The notes beneath the pieces were generated by a model that saw nothing but the letters and a program-made list of their open reading frames with translations, ran no database searches and had not been told where the DNA came from. A stretch of 64,000 bases of DNA from Azolla caroliniana (taxonomy: Eukaryota; Plantae; Polypodiophyta). The position numbers were made by a program, and so were the translations under genes. Within the stretch, counting starts at the first letter, position 1, and each line of letters starts with the position of its first letter. Location of the stretch: assembly GCA_043228905.1 (NCBI GenBank), contig JBHGNT010000018.1:15748001-15812000 (forward strand), read 5' to 3'. Shown one piece after another: positions 26,801-38,275 of the stretch.

Positions 26801-27555
26801 ACACTCGATACAAATGGATCACCCCACGAGAACCACTCCCATCTAAAATGGTGTACTATAAGGAACACTTCTTGCGCTTCTCTACGCTAGGTTTTATTAC
26901 ACGACCAAGATATTTAGATACATTCTTATCAAATGCACTAAGGGTGGCCATTGGACAACTTAGGATATCATCTCACCAACTTGAGATTGAGAATGGTCGG
27001 GCTAATAGAGTCCCTAGAGAGGAAAGGTTATGTAGGTTATGCCACATAGAGATAGAGGATGAGTATCACTTCACATGCAAATGCCCAACTTATGCCGAGA
27101 TACGAGCGGAATACCAAGACATACTAGGACCCTCTCCCACCCTCTCCAAACTATTAGATACCCCGAATGTAAAGAGACTAGGTAGATATATCTTAGACCT
27201 AAAACAACATAGGGAGAATAAATTACAAAGTGCTAACGATAACCCTCTTAGTATTCATCACCATGTAACTAGTGTAATTTTTCAGGAACAAGGGGAGACG
27301 ATGAATGTGGATACACTTACGCCGCTCGGCCTCTCCCTTGAGGAAGCAGAAATGCAAAGAACAACGAAACGCCCTCGAATGTTGGGCTTCAAAACAAGTC
27401 AACGTGGAGTAGACAAGATTAAGAAGATAAGGGAACGTGAGCTACGTCGACTAGAAGCTATGGTTGGGGTACCTCTTACATGGGGACCACGGCCCACATC
27501 CACATCGCAACCCTTTGACCTTCCGCTTCTCTTCGAGAGACTTGGATGGAAATGA
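23812..27555 (+). CDS. LINE B ORF2: APE endonuclease, reverse transcriptase and C-terminal CCHC domain
   Basis: WNCNG, LVETH, GDFNAR, VDY, ADH; FVDFRKAFD, GVKQGCPLSPTLF, LLYADD; LRISSHQLEIENGR..RLCRLC..EDEYHFTCKC. No stops. First in-frame ATG is ~23842. Confidence 0.95.
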   Translation: MAHVTNNRLRMSLWNCNGALWTHPGRLEEILRVSDILFLVETHQSPNRGLPRVDGFRWESVFRQTSRRHTTRGSGGVAILFRREIHSRIEILKKDPAARFMWVKVLTSKDQVIFIAICYFPPKGSRYNMAGVASIVDEGTPHGPSPYEPLSDDIIRYSSQGEVFLVGDFNARTQSRQCTIFQMDRNLEMVNVDPLALGITRTSKDQGADATSFGHHLLELGSRHQMIIYNGLAKWPGSEELTCFPHGGGESTVDYLIGRPEATHMVSSFRVAPCLIGADHSFLYFELKCDASHATNSSKPTHRTIIHFTHELADIYSRHVQAHLSSFDSSLPLEHLTTELTHILHSAATSSFPYTKDSNHSRVGSMPQNKWYDEDCRELYRQLKVSRLSGTISSVQARKEMRKMTRRKRWAWEASQYWELYHMLMSRDCALAWKRLREPRPQTPIEDPNIWHTYIERLYHVPNQPPIPMPSTPRPTMGTLFTTSRVTKVIKKLQHRKSMDHTGLCAEHIIYARECLAPLLALIFNRALAEGFPPQWAMNTVAPIHKGGDSMDPNTYRTVMIGHTLAKLYGAVMEAELSDYMETLSLRAPEQAGFRRAFSTIDHIFTLRCLIDQTKARKKKLYCCFVDFRKAFDTVPRERLFDRLKSLEIPDDMIWAIYALYEQVSGCVRCPGGLSDCFTSTIGVKQGCPLSPTLFGIYIDEITDFIARKGGKGVAIGETQVSLLLYADDIVLLSESEHDLQKHLNALDDFCTQRGLVVNLAKTKVLIFHTSSRVRSQCHLILSHKPVEVVGSYVYLGVTFSARSGKFSMTQAAKDRLTRGYASLSLLERQCHQAYFQEPRTKGWLFDSLVTPSLMYASVVWAPGLPSFMWTQLERPLVTMLSRQLRSKSTVPHDIIRAEFSLPPMLVEALFQVVVFIHRIHSQPQDRISRRAFEASRSLYVSGDTSSWYSIVVSWLRANGIDINNLPPLKYNHGTDQTLISHEDRNKVIRQEIWQIYTRYKWITPREPLPSKMVYYKEHFLRFSTLGFITRPRYLDTFLSNALRVAIGQLRISSHQLEIENGRANRVPREERLCRLCHIEIEDEYHFTCKCPTYAEIRAEYQDILGPSPTLSKLLDTPNVKRLGRYILDLKQHRENKLQSANDNPLSIHHHVTSVIFQEQGETMNVDTLTPLGLSLEEAEMQRTTKRPRMLGFKTSQRGVDKIKKIRERELRRLEAMVGVPLTWGPRPTSTSQPFDLPLLFERLGWK

Positions 27556-27908
27556 AAATAACAATTGTATAACACCATTTTCATTGTAGTAGAACATGTT
27601 TCTATATAAAACATGTTTGTTATTTTTTAGAACTATTTAGCTTAAACTCTATTTTTCATCTTATTTTTATTTTTACTTCGATGAATGGGTAAATATCCCA
27701 TTTTTGTTGTAAACCATTTGTCTCATGGGCCAATTTTGGCCTTAGAAGACGTTAATATATCTTTCTTTCTTTCTTTCTTTCTTTCTCTCTCTCTCTCTCT
27801 CTTTGACACTACCCAAATAGCCAAGATAAGAAACATTTGGTTGGATCATCGTAGATATGTAAGTTAGTTCCTAGTCGTGGTTCTATCTCATCAAATCAAA
27901 TTAGTAGA

Positions 27909-27961
<53 letters not shown>

Positions 27962-27963
<2 letters not shown>

Positions 27964-28745
27964 GGACACTACAATGGCAAACACTCATAGAGCCGCCACA
28001 AAGTTCGGGAGTATGATTGATAATGAGCCAAGATCACCAACAAACCTTACTTCCAATGCAACAAACAAAATGTTTATGAGTCACTTGATTTCTCATCAAG
28101 AAACCATAAACAAGCAATGTGAAGAGATTAGAATGGTAATGAAAGAGCATTAATGCTAAGCTCCAAATTGTTGTCATTGAGAATGAAAGTCTTAAGGAAG
28201 TGGTTGTAAAACTTGAAGATTAGATTCAAGAATGTAAGAAATATTCTTTCCAAACAAATGAGTGTCTTAACAACATTGAGTTAAAGGAAGCATTAAAATA
28301 AGAAAATTTGGACACAATGAGGCGGGAGGTAAGCGACATGAAAAATATATGTACAATAAAGTCATTGGTCGATCTATGTGGTGGGGATGTGGTATCAAAC
28401 TCATCTAATATGCATGAGATCATCAAGAGAAGAATATAGAAAGCATAGATGTCCGAGAATTGAAAGAATGTGAATGACGATCAAAGAACATTGTCATCTA
28501 TGGGATTAAAGAGGAGAGTATGGAATACCCGCATCCCTCGAAAAAGCCATTGGTGAATTTTTTTAGCATGTATTATGGGATGTTGGATATGAATGTATAT
28601 GGGGCACAATGAGTTGGGAAACATGATTATAAAGCATCTAAAGAAAGATAGAAAAATAAGGTTAAAGAGGTGCCTAAAGATGGAAATGTAGGCAAATAAG
28701 GACACGTAGCCTATGATACTAGCCCACGTTTCTTAGACTATGCTA
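27962..28745 (+). mobile_element. Older decayed LINE A-family ORF1 fragment
   Basis: MANTHRAATKFGSMIDNEPRSPTNL, with stops and an internal deletion; follows (GT)n. Confidence 0.88.
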
Positions 28746-29404
28746 GAACCTTATGGAATACTCTAAGAATATTCTAAGATAGGGTAACGAACTCCATATT
28801 ACGGGCATGGGGTCATATACGACAAACATTTGTTCAAGCACAATCATTTGACACTAATCAATTGGACTAGACAACCATTATTTTGGAATCTAAATGTGCG
28901 AAGTAGTGATGACACGATGATAGGGCAACTCAACGGCCTAGCGTGGAGAAAGTTAGCGTAGATAGGGCTCCATTCTATTGGTGATTGGAGACGCGTAGTG
29001 GCTCCGGGAGGGGTGAAGTAGTATGAGGAGATTGATAGTAGAGGTAGTTGATAGGGTTCAGGTGGGGGATGCAGGAGGAGATACATGGTTGAGTCGCTTT
29101 GATAAGGCTAGAACAATTAACTTCCATCCTTCCCTTAATCCTACAATCTCTAAACTTAAATACACTAAAAATACCCCAAAATTAGGCATCCATAACTTCT
29201 TAAAAAAACTCTATAATGACCTAGTACTATATCTCGAGTTTACTAGCATCTCACGCCCCTTTATATGTTAGACAAAATCTAAGTCTATACATGCCCTCAT
29301 AGTTAAAACTATGTTTTCAAAATCCCACCCAAATCCCCCTTAATATTATCCCCCCATCCTAAAAACCTTTTCAATCACATTAAGAACACTCACCTTATTC
29401 CCAT

Positions 29405-30105
29405 GCCCATTATTACAACCATATAATAAAATCTCCAAGGAAGATTGTCCTAAGATACAAGAAGTAATCAATGGCATGCAACGTGCTGGCAAATTTTGTA
29501 TGGTTGATGCAAAGCCTCTTGGAGGGCCATTACAACCATATAATAAAATCTCCAAGGAAGATTGTCCTAAGACACAAGAAGCAATCAATGACATGCAAGG
29601 TGTCCCTTATGCTTCAACTTGTGGTTCACTTATGTATGCGATTTTTGCTACTAGACCTAATATCGTCTATGCAATGGGAGTTGTAAGCCGATTCATGGCT
29701 AATAAGACCAAGGCACATTGGAATGCAATAAAGTCCATTATGAGGTACTTAAAAGGGACTAAAAATAAATGCCTTTGTTATGGGAAAAACCCATTAGAGA
29801 TGAAGGGTTTCTATGACTATGAAATGGTAGGTGATGTGGATACACGAAAATTCACAGGTGGTTATGTATACACAATTGTAGGTGGTGTTGTATCATGGTG
29901 CAGTAGGCTGCAAAAGGTTGTTTGCCTTGTCCACTACCGAAGCTGAATATATTTCAACTACTAGAGCTTCCAAGGAAGCAATATGGTTAACACGTTTTCA
30001 CAATGAGTTTGGTTTGCCTGAAAAGGCACTTATGATTGGTTGTGATAGCTAGAGTGCCATCTATTTGGCAAAGAATGCTATATTTCATGCACTCACAAAA
30101 CATTT
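29405..30105 (+). mobile_element. Copia RT end/RNase H fragment
   Basis: VPYASTCGSLMYA..TRPNI..GVVSRFM..HWNAIK.IMRYLKGT, VSWCSRLQK; ~70-bp local duplication at 29405/29525. Confidence 0.9.
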
Positions 30106-30499
30106 GACACCATTCTCATCTTCAACACGGTGCCTACAGTCTAAACCGAAAGCAAAATTCAAATTTACCTTTTTCAACAATGTTCAACATCGTCAACTTC
30201 TTCAACAAGGCTCACTAAACCCTAAGCAAATTTTAACATGTTGAACGATGTTCAATGTCATCATGTTCTTCTTCTTCAATTAAGGTTCTTGGAACCCTAA
30301 AACAAAGTTCTTTATTAAGTAAAACCCCAAAGCAAAGTTCAATATCATATGACATCATATCTTCAAGGTTCCATAAAGCCTAATAAAGTGCAAGCCCTGT
30401 TTGTTTTAGTAGTTTTTATAATTGTGTATCTTATGTTATTTCACATTGTTAGAAAAAGAAACCATTATGTATAGGAAAAAAAGAGCCAAATGAGCTTAC

Positions 30500-31627
30500 T
30501 TTGAATTTATCATGTTCGAGAGGCTCAAAGAGAATTGCATCATCATCTTTGAGCTCGTTACCTTGTGTAAAACTCTTTCACCTTGTATTGAGCCCAATTT
30601 ACCTAGCCAAATTCAAAGACTCCCAAACTTCAACTTTCTCATTCACTGGATTCATGCATTAATCATTCTTTGGTAAATGTGCTATACAAAAGGTAAGCCA
30701 ATGATAATCCCAGCAACAACATCACACAAAGACATCATTATCATCATCATCTTCTTCTTCTTCTTCTTCATAGGACAAATACAACGACAAAAATTAAATA
30801 TCCACATAATTCCAGTTTAGGGTTTTTGACAATATGCCATACAAATAGAGAATCTACTACTTCTGGTTTCCTTTTTCCCATGTGAGAAAAAGACCAAACT
30901 TGCTTCTTGTTTCCACATCTTCCCTATAATGTTCGGCATTTTGAGCTTTTCGTCTCGAATCTTTAAACCCTAGGCATAATGTGCCAGCCTTCAACATGAG
31001 AATGACACCCCTATCCATCGAATTTACCCTTGATGACTGACAATTTCCTTTCCCATGTTTCCAAAAGTTTTCCTCTGATTTTTTATAGTTATGTGTGATG
31101 TGTTTACTCTGATGATTAAGAGAGATTGACAACTTCAATCATGTGAAACCAACCCTAAAGCCTAATTCAATACACCAAATGGTCCATAACCTTAACCTTA
31201 AACCCTTGCATTAAATCACAACTATAATTTTATGCATTATCTGCTCCAAACTCAAACAAAATCTAACCATTTTTATACTGTATCATTTTTTAACATGTCC
31301 ATTATACTATACATTACTTTGCATTATCTACAAACATGGAAATTTTTTAGATCTTTATAAACATTGGATGGCAATTTTGCAATACGAGAAGATCTACGCG
31401 TCTCAAGAGACCCTGGAAAAACATCTGAATTTGCATCATGATTTTCAAGAGAAAATGAGAAATATGAAAAGGTATTAAGAAAAGAGACAAGAAGAAGTGA
31501 GCATTAAAATTTGGGTAAAGAAGAATGTCTGTACGTACATGAGGAGCAGGGGATATAGCAGCAATGGTCTTGGCCTTCATGAAAGCATCTGAGAATTGTT
31601 TCAAGAAATGCTAGATACACCAAGCTC
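30500..31627 (-). pseudogene. Decayed B3 DNA-binding-domain gene (single-B3, At5g42700-like type)
   Basis: My translation of 30699-30500: GLP/FCIAHLPKND*CMNPVNEKVEVWESLNLAR*IGLNTR*KSFTQGNELKDDDAILFEPLEHDKFK followed by GTAAGC. Upstream exon-like 31627-31539 (TAG|ELGVSSIS/KQFSDAFMKAKTIAAISPAPH|GTACGT). Confidence 0.65.
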
Positions 31628-31727
31628 CTACACAATGAGAAAAAAAAAATTAGAAAGAAGGAAAGGATTTGATCAGGTAATTTAAAATTTTCTTTCACTC
31701 ACAAAAAAAATATGAATCAGTAGACCA

Positions 31728-31795
31728 GATGAAGAAGATGATGATGATGATGAACCTGGAGCAGCAGCAGAAGAAGAAGAAGAAGAAGAAGAAGA

Positions 31796-31833
<38 letters not shown>

Positions 31834-31861
31834 TAGTAATAGAGAAGAAGAAGAAGAAGAG
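31728..31861. repeat. Compound trinucleotide microsatellite (GAT/GCA/GAA/GTA)
   Basis: Direct reading. Confidence 0.95.
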
Positions 31862-32148
31862 TTTTTTAGTCTTCAATCCAACGGTCAGAATTTTGAAAAG
31901 AAACAAAAGGAACCCAACTGAACTTAAAAACTAAAAGACTCAAAGGGAAGTCAAAAAGCTTGGACATCCAAAATAATGGCCAAAGATCGTGAAGTCACGC
32001 CCCAATCTCTCTTTTGTTATTGTTGTGTGTGCCTCTAACTAACCAGAAAGAGCGGTATGGATGCGAGATACAAAAGATTGGTTGATTGTTCCTTATTGAA
32101 ACCCATTTTGAAGTTGTATGGTGCAAAAAGAATCTAGGTACATGCAAA

Positions 32149-32193
32149 TGGGCCATCTGCATACATATATTCATGGGCCTATCCCCCAGCCCA
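32149..32193. promoter_or_regulatory. Cluster of three site II (TGGGCY) motifs, candidate promoter of the B3 locus
   Basis: TGGGCC at 32149 and 32174, AGCCCA at 32188. Confidence 0.4.
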
Positions 32194-33522
32194 ATCGATG
32201 TTATAAACTTGAGCTTACATGTAACTCACCCACCTATTCAAACTTTGTTTTTTTTACTCTCGGAGGGTTCGAATTTGCAATAAGGTCGTAAAGAAGTTTA
32301 CATACTAGATGTATGGATCACTCGCAAAAGGGTGAAAGCGAAAAATCCTAGGTCATGCCACATGTTGACCCTTCTCAACTTTGTTTCATTCATGACCAAA
32401 CCGTCACCAAGAAGGTGGAATCCACGTTACATGTATGTTGGAACATTGACAAGATTTTTAGTCTAGCATGATTAGAAAAGCAAAGATGACGAATAAGAAC
32501 CATCAATAACTCATATCATAAAGCTTCTAATGGAACACATAATGGACATGTTTATGACAAGTAACCTAGCACATTTATTATTCTATATCTTACGAATTAT
32601 GTTTATTACGTTTAGTACTTGAACCCCTTTGCAGATAAGCCATAGACCAGCCCGGATATAAGCTATTTGTTTCCCAAATAGAGTGCAATTCTAACAATAA
32701 CATATGCATGATTGGATGTGTTGTAACTTCGTTGGATTATTTCATGTATTCCCCCATCTACCTAAGAGAAAATATTCCTTAAAAGTTTGAACTTTTGGAG
32801 AGTTTTGTCTTAAAATAATCTCCAATTTCTATGTTTCACTTATAACACTCTAATCATACATACCTTTCACTTATTATTATGGAGTATGTAAGATGTTTAA
32901 ACAATTTCCATCATAGTCCCAATCTAGCGGTTACGACATTGTGTGTGGTTACTTTAAACGCTTTTCATCATACATTATTTTGGTGTCAAGATGACATTTT
33001 TAAATCATCAATCGCCTGCATCACGCAACTTACCTACCATTGAAATAGTGATATCATCAAGAGCATGCAACTTGAAGTACTATAAAAAAAATTACCTTAT
33101 CACATTCAATATCCAACTAGTTTAACATGGCACCAAAATAGACATGTAGGCAATTATGAAATCCCTAGGTACAAAGTAATGATGAATTTCAATCATTCAA
33201 GTGTTAATGACCATGTCTCTTAATGAGTGTAGTGAACCATAGGCCCCCATCCTAATACAAGCCTTAGAGATATACAATTACAAGACATACATACATCATG
33301 TTAACGGTTCTTGGGGTACAATATGAAACGTATTCCTGTTGTCCGGATTTGATATTATTTGGTTGTGAAGTCTCTCTCGCCTTCTTATTCATGGGTCATA
33401 TAGAAGTAGTGCACTTCGACTTTTACGAGCTGATGTATTTGCAAGAGGATCATTGATATATTACATCATTACTAAAGATCCATGCCCAAAGAACGATGCT
33501 CCTTCCTATCCTCCAAGCACCA

Positions 33523-35883
33523 TTAAGAACATCTTTGCATAAGATACGAATCATAGTTTGTAAACTCCGGAAACTCTTTCATTGATTTAAGCTTTTCAAA
33601 TATGTCAACACACTGTTTATATTTATAACCTTTTCTAGAAAACATTTCCAGTAACTTGACGCATTCTTGTCGCGAGGGTCGAAGACCTCTATCGAGCATT
33701 TGTTGGCACAATTGCCAAGCATGGTCTACCCGCCCTTCATTTCCTAAAGACAAAATCAATGGCATATAGGTCTCACAATCAGCAACAAGACCAACATCTT
33801 CCATATCTTTAGATAGCTTGAACGCCATTGCCCAATCACCTATACTAGCATATCCTCCTATAAGTTGGCTATATGTGCTTACATTAGGGGCACATCCACC
33901 AGCAACCATTTTATTGAACACATCATGTGCAACTTTCATATCCCCCTTTATGCACAATACATTGATAAGATGATTACATGTATTGAGAGTTGGCATCAGC
34001 CTAGCTTGACTACTACTCATATCTTCGAAAAAGCGTAGTGCTTGATATAAAGAACCAAATCTGGTAAGGCAAAGGAGAATACAATCATAAGCAATGCAAC
34101 CAGGAGTATATCCAAGCTCTCCCATTGCATAAAAGATTTTCAGAGCTCCATCCAAATTGCCATTCTCGGCTAGTTTCTTAACAAGATCATTCAGTTTGTG
34201 AACGTCTGGTTTAAGTTCAAGGGTCACCAATTCTTTCAAGAAATCATGAATCTGATCCATTGCACCTATTTTGAGGAGGTTTTCCATCAATGAATCAATC
34301 AGCATAGTATTAGATGATGCTTTTTTCTTTGCGAATGCTAACACTAGTTTGCAAGCAGAGTCAATACTGTCTCCTTGTATGAGCCACTCCATAGCTTTAC
34401 TATAAGCTACTTCAGGTTCAATATGACCTTTTGAAGCCATATCCTCAACGAGATGCTCAAGATCAGAAATCCTCCCTTTTGGACCGAATGCATTTATGAG
34501 TGTAGAATATGTATGTGTTTCAGCCTCTAAGCCAAACTTTGAGATTTCAACATAAACTTTCAAGGCTAAATCTAATTCTCCAGCCTTGCCGAGAGAGTAT
34601 ATAAGTGAATTACACGTAGATAAACTCATGGATAGCTTCTTATCAATCAGTTCTGTGAAGAAAACATAAGCTGAAGGAATATCGCCAGTTCTTAGATGTG
34701 CTTGGATGAGCGCAGCATACGTATAACCATCAGGTTTTAATCCACATTCACACATTTCTTTATACAAGGTATTCGCCATGTGGACATTCTTTTTCCTCCC
34801 GAAAAGATTGATCAATATGTTATAACCAGTCCGATCCAAATAGCAACCATTCATTCTCATTTCAAAGTAAATCTCTCGAGCTTTATCAGTATACCCATGC
34901 TTTGCAAGTATATCAATGATACAGCTATAAGTCACTATACCAGGTTCCCATTCATTTTCTCGCATTCAATAATAGATTTCCAATACCTTCTGTGGTTGTT
35001 GAGCTTTGCTAAATCCTCTTATGAGAGTGCTTAAGGTAACCTGGTCAGGTTCACATCCATCATTTTCCATTTTCTCTTGCAAAAACTTCAAAGATATGGC
35101 ATTCTCTTTAGAGCTGGCAAGAATGCTCGCCAAAGCATTATATGATCTCGTAGTGTGCTTATATCCAGGTTGATTCCTTACCCATTCAAAAATCTCTATA
35201 CAGCAGCGAGGTTCTTGGATACCTTTGAGGATATGGCAAACATGGAAAGGATCAATTTGTGCTATTTTCATCACAAATTCTTGCTTCGTCATATCGTTCC
35301 ATCCTTTCTTCACAATAGAGGATGCAATCTCCCTGAGCAGTTTGCTTTCTTCCATTCTCTGCTTCCTCGAAAACTCGGCAGAAGAAACGGAAACAGAAGA
35401 ATGGAAAGGAAGAGAAGAGGAAGACGGAGAATCTTCGTACCTGCAATCACTGCTGCTCTGCCATAGCCATGCATCCTGGAATATCTTGACAGGGTCGTCT
35501 TCATTCTCGTCTCTGCCATGGGATAAAGTAGGGTTTGCAAGGATGCGACACTTCGAGGTAATCAAGTTTGCAATGTCGTCAAGGTCCATTTCTTTGGAAG
35601 AAGAAGAAGAAGAAGAAGAAGAAGAAGAGCAAGAAGCTTCTACAGCTTCTTCCATGGTGGTTAGTACAGAGCTGTCTGCAGTAGAATAGAATCTGGGGAG
35701 GGAAGGCCATATCCACCGCTGCCCTAAGGAGGAGGCCTGCAAGGCTCTGCTACTCATCAAGTGCCACAGAGAGACAGAGAGAGAGAGCGTACAGTGATGA
35801 TGAATGATGGTGGTGAGAGAGCTAAGGAGGAGTGCAAATGGGCGTGACGTATCATTCATTCTGGAGCATGGCCGGCCGGACAT
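33523..35883 (-). pseudogene. P-class pentatricopeptide repeat gene, intronless, interrupted by one in-frame TGA (34966-34968)
   Basis: The two listed ORFs are contiguous and in the same frame (..VLEIYY*MRENEWEPGIVTYS..). Many 35-aa PPR motifs; EIFEWVRNQPGYKHTTRSYN; presequence-like MSSRALQ...PRFYST. Confidence 0.85.
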
Positions 35884-35936
35884 GTACGCTTATGTATGTA
35901 TGTATGTATATGTACGTACATACGTACGTATGTATG

Positions 35937-35957
35937 TTTAGGGTTTAGGGTTTAGGG
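35937..35957 (-). promoter_or_regulatory. Three tandem telo-box/telomeric units just upstream of the PPR gene
   Basis: (TTTAGGG)3 within (TATG)n/(TG)n low-complexity DNA. Confidence 0.6.
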
Positions 35958-36362
35958 TATGTATGTATGTGTGTGTGTGTGCGGGTACGTTGTATGTATG
36001 TATCTACTGTCTATACAGTCTATGCATCATATGTATGTATGTGTGTGTGTGTGTGTATGTATTTATGTACGTACGTATGTATGTGTGTGTGTATGTATCT
36101 ATCTATTTATCATATGTACTATGAATGTGAGTTATGTATGTAATGTTATGAATGTGTGGTGTGTACACATGTACGTATTTATCTATGTATATATCCATTG
36201 TATGAACCATACGTACCATACGTGCATTCGCATTTTTAGCGAATGTTTCAATCATTCGCGTAAGAAAAACACCCTCAAAGAATGATAAATACCATACTTT
36301 TGGATTAACTATTTATTATGAGGTAAATAAGCCTAAAAAATGGGGGGGGGGGGGGTGGGAAA

Positions 36363-37928
36363 CAGGGCTTGAATTTGACGGGTTAGTCTTAAAGTTTTTT
36401 GACGGGCATTTTTTAAAGATGTATGTCATATGACGTAAGAGTGCAAAAATTAACATGTCATTTGACATACAAATTTCTTATAATGAAAAGCTCTATATGA
36501 TGCTTCATTATTATACATTTTATTACTATAGAAGGTACACAAATAGACACAACTACCTCGCAAAGATAATGAAATACAGAAAATAAATATCGTGTTAATG
36601 TTTTTTTTTTACCAAAAAAGTGTTAATGTTTTTTAAGCCAAAGTACAAACTATATATGTATCCATAATCATAATTCATTCTTGCAAAGTGGATACAATAA
36701 GCTTCAAACAAATAATCATACAAATCGAATACTTAATCATCATATATTTCTTAAAGCCCAAAAAACACAAAAAAATGTTTATCATACCGGGACTCCTCAT
36801 ACTTATTACTAAGCATTGTTCAATGATACTATCCTGTTATAAGAAGATCTCGACTCATTTGTGTTTGTAACCACCTCGTGCTCATTATTTGGAGCATCAT
36901 TAACATGTGTTGCCTTGCAAAACATAGTCTTAATAGAATGTTGTTGTGCTTGGTTCTTTGTTTTCCCCCTGAAATTATTTAAATAATAGACATCTAAAAA
37001 TGTACTAAAAGTATTTCATTTCACTATAATAGAGACATTGAAGTTATTGTTTAGGTATTAAGGTAATACAAAAACAATATTGTATAATAACTTGTTAAAT
37101 GAACATAATATGATAGATATTCATGGTAACTTACATTTTTAAAATGTAGTTAAAAAATGTTGAAGGTTGAAGGCTGTTTTTGTTCTATTCCCACTGCACA
37201 AAAAGGCTACATAGAATCAATAATTTTTAATTGGAACAATAGCTTGCTACCTAATAGTAAGTACTCACCTTTTCCTATACTAATAAGTTATTATTAACCC
37301 TAATTTTTTAATAAAGCATAGTAAAACGTAATAAGTATGTATAAAACAATAGGTTAGTAAAACATTTAGTTTAAAAAAACTTAAAATCAAACCTTATTTA
37401 AATGAAATACTTTTAGTTTATTTTTAGAGGTATTAAGGTAATACAAAAACAATATAATAACTTGCTAAATGAACATAATATGATAGATGATCATGGTAAC
37501 TTACATTTTTAAACTGTAGTTAAAAAATGTTGAAGGTTGAAGGATGTCTTTCTTTGTTCTATTCCTGCTGCACAAAAGGCTACATAAAATCAATCATTTT
37601 TAAGTTGAAAAATAACTTGTTACCTAACAGTAAGTAGTAAGTAGTAAGTACTCACCTTTTTCCTATACTAAAAAGTTATTACTAACCCTAATTTTTTAAT
37701 AAAGCACAGTAATAAGTATTAAGTATTAAGTATTAAGTAATAAGTATGTATAAAAAAGTAGGTTAGTAAAACATTTACTTTAAGAAAACTTAAAATCAAA
37801 CCTAGAGTGACTAGTCTACACTCTAGTATTTTTTAGAGTATTTAATAAAGCACCAAGGTTATTGTTTAAAATTTAAATTGATTTGAGGATTCATCATTAC
37901 AATTTATATGATATTATTTTAAGCGTGT

Positions 37929-37964
<36 letters not shown>

Positions 37965-38275
37965 TTTAGTATATTACACACTTCATACTATATAGTCAAA
38001 TTGAATCTTGATACTACATAGATGATAGTATGATAGTACATATATTTAAATTTTATATGACAATATGTGGTATATATATATAATATATATGAATAATGAC
38101 ATAGAAAATAAAATTTTAGCATGTCATTTGACATGTATAATTTTAAGGGGCCTTTCACATGAAAAGGAAAATTTTATACTTTATATGTCACTTGACGGAC
38201 ATTTTTAGTAGGTGTATGTTTTTTACGGGCAAAATGGCCTTTGACGGGCATGACACCCGTCAAATTCCTGCCCTG
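36363..38275. mobile_element. Non-autonomous hAT DNA transposon
   Basis: TIRs CAGGGCTTGAATTTGACGGGT / ACCCGTCAAATTCCTGCCCTG; perfect 8-bp TSD GTGGGAAA (36355-36362, 38276-38283); subterminal TGACGGGC motifs; no ORF. Confidence 0.92.
37052..37805 (+). repeat. ~375-bp tandem duplication inside the hAT element
   Basis: AGGTATTAAGGTAATACAAAAAC...CTTAAAATCAAACCT occurs at ~37052 and ~37428. Confidence 0.9.

Larger units (their letters stand above)
22545..27785 (+). mobile_element. LINE B: full-length RTEX-like LINE with intact ORF2
   Basis: GC-rich repetitive 5' UTR (contains an N gap), ORF1, 1247-aa ORF2, 3' hairpin, (TCTT)n tail; flanked by (CT)n on both sides. Confidence 0.92.
14841..28824 (-). 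mobile_element. Decayed Ty3/gypsy (Tcn1-like chromovirus) whose 5' LTR (~18047-28824) is split by a ~10.4 kb LINE cluster
   Basis: gag LHPNQYPTDAARVGLVGTLL (17363-17701), protease region, RT VVDYRWLNK/DLCGAYNLV/AYVDDILM, VQCFLGFVNFYREFI, RNase H remnant. The LTR motif AATACTCTAAGAATATTCTA occurs at ~18255 and resumes at ~28758, ending TACGACA. Confidence 0.75.

Noticed and set aside
34966-34968. Stop codon repaired by U-to-C editing, or a selenocysteine codon
   Set aside because: U-to-C editing is known for organellar transcripts and this locus is nuclear; land plants lack selenoproteins.
35937-35957. Telomere or chromosome fusion scar
   Set aside because: Only three units, in a promoter-proximal position; better explained as telo-boxes.
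35959-36285. Cys/Val-rich ORF (also 22548-22967 and 31682-31906)
   Set aside because: Translations of microsatellite or low-complexity DNA.
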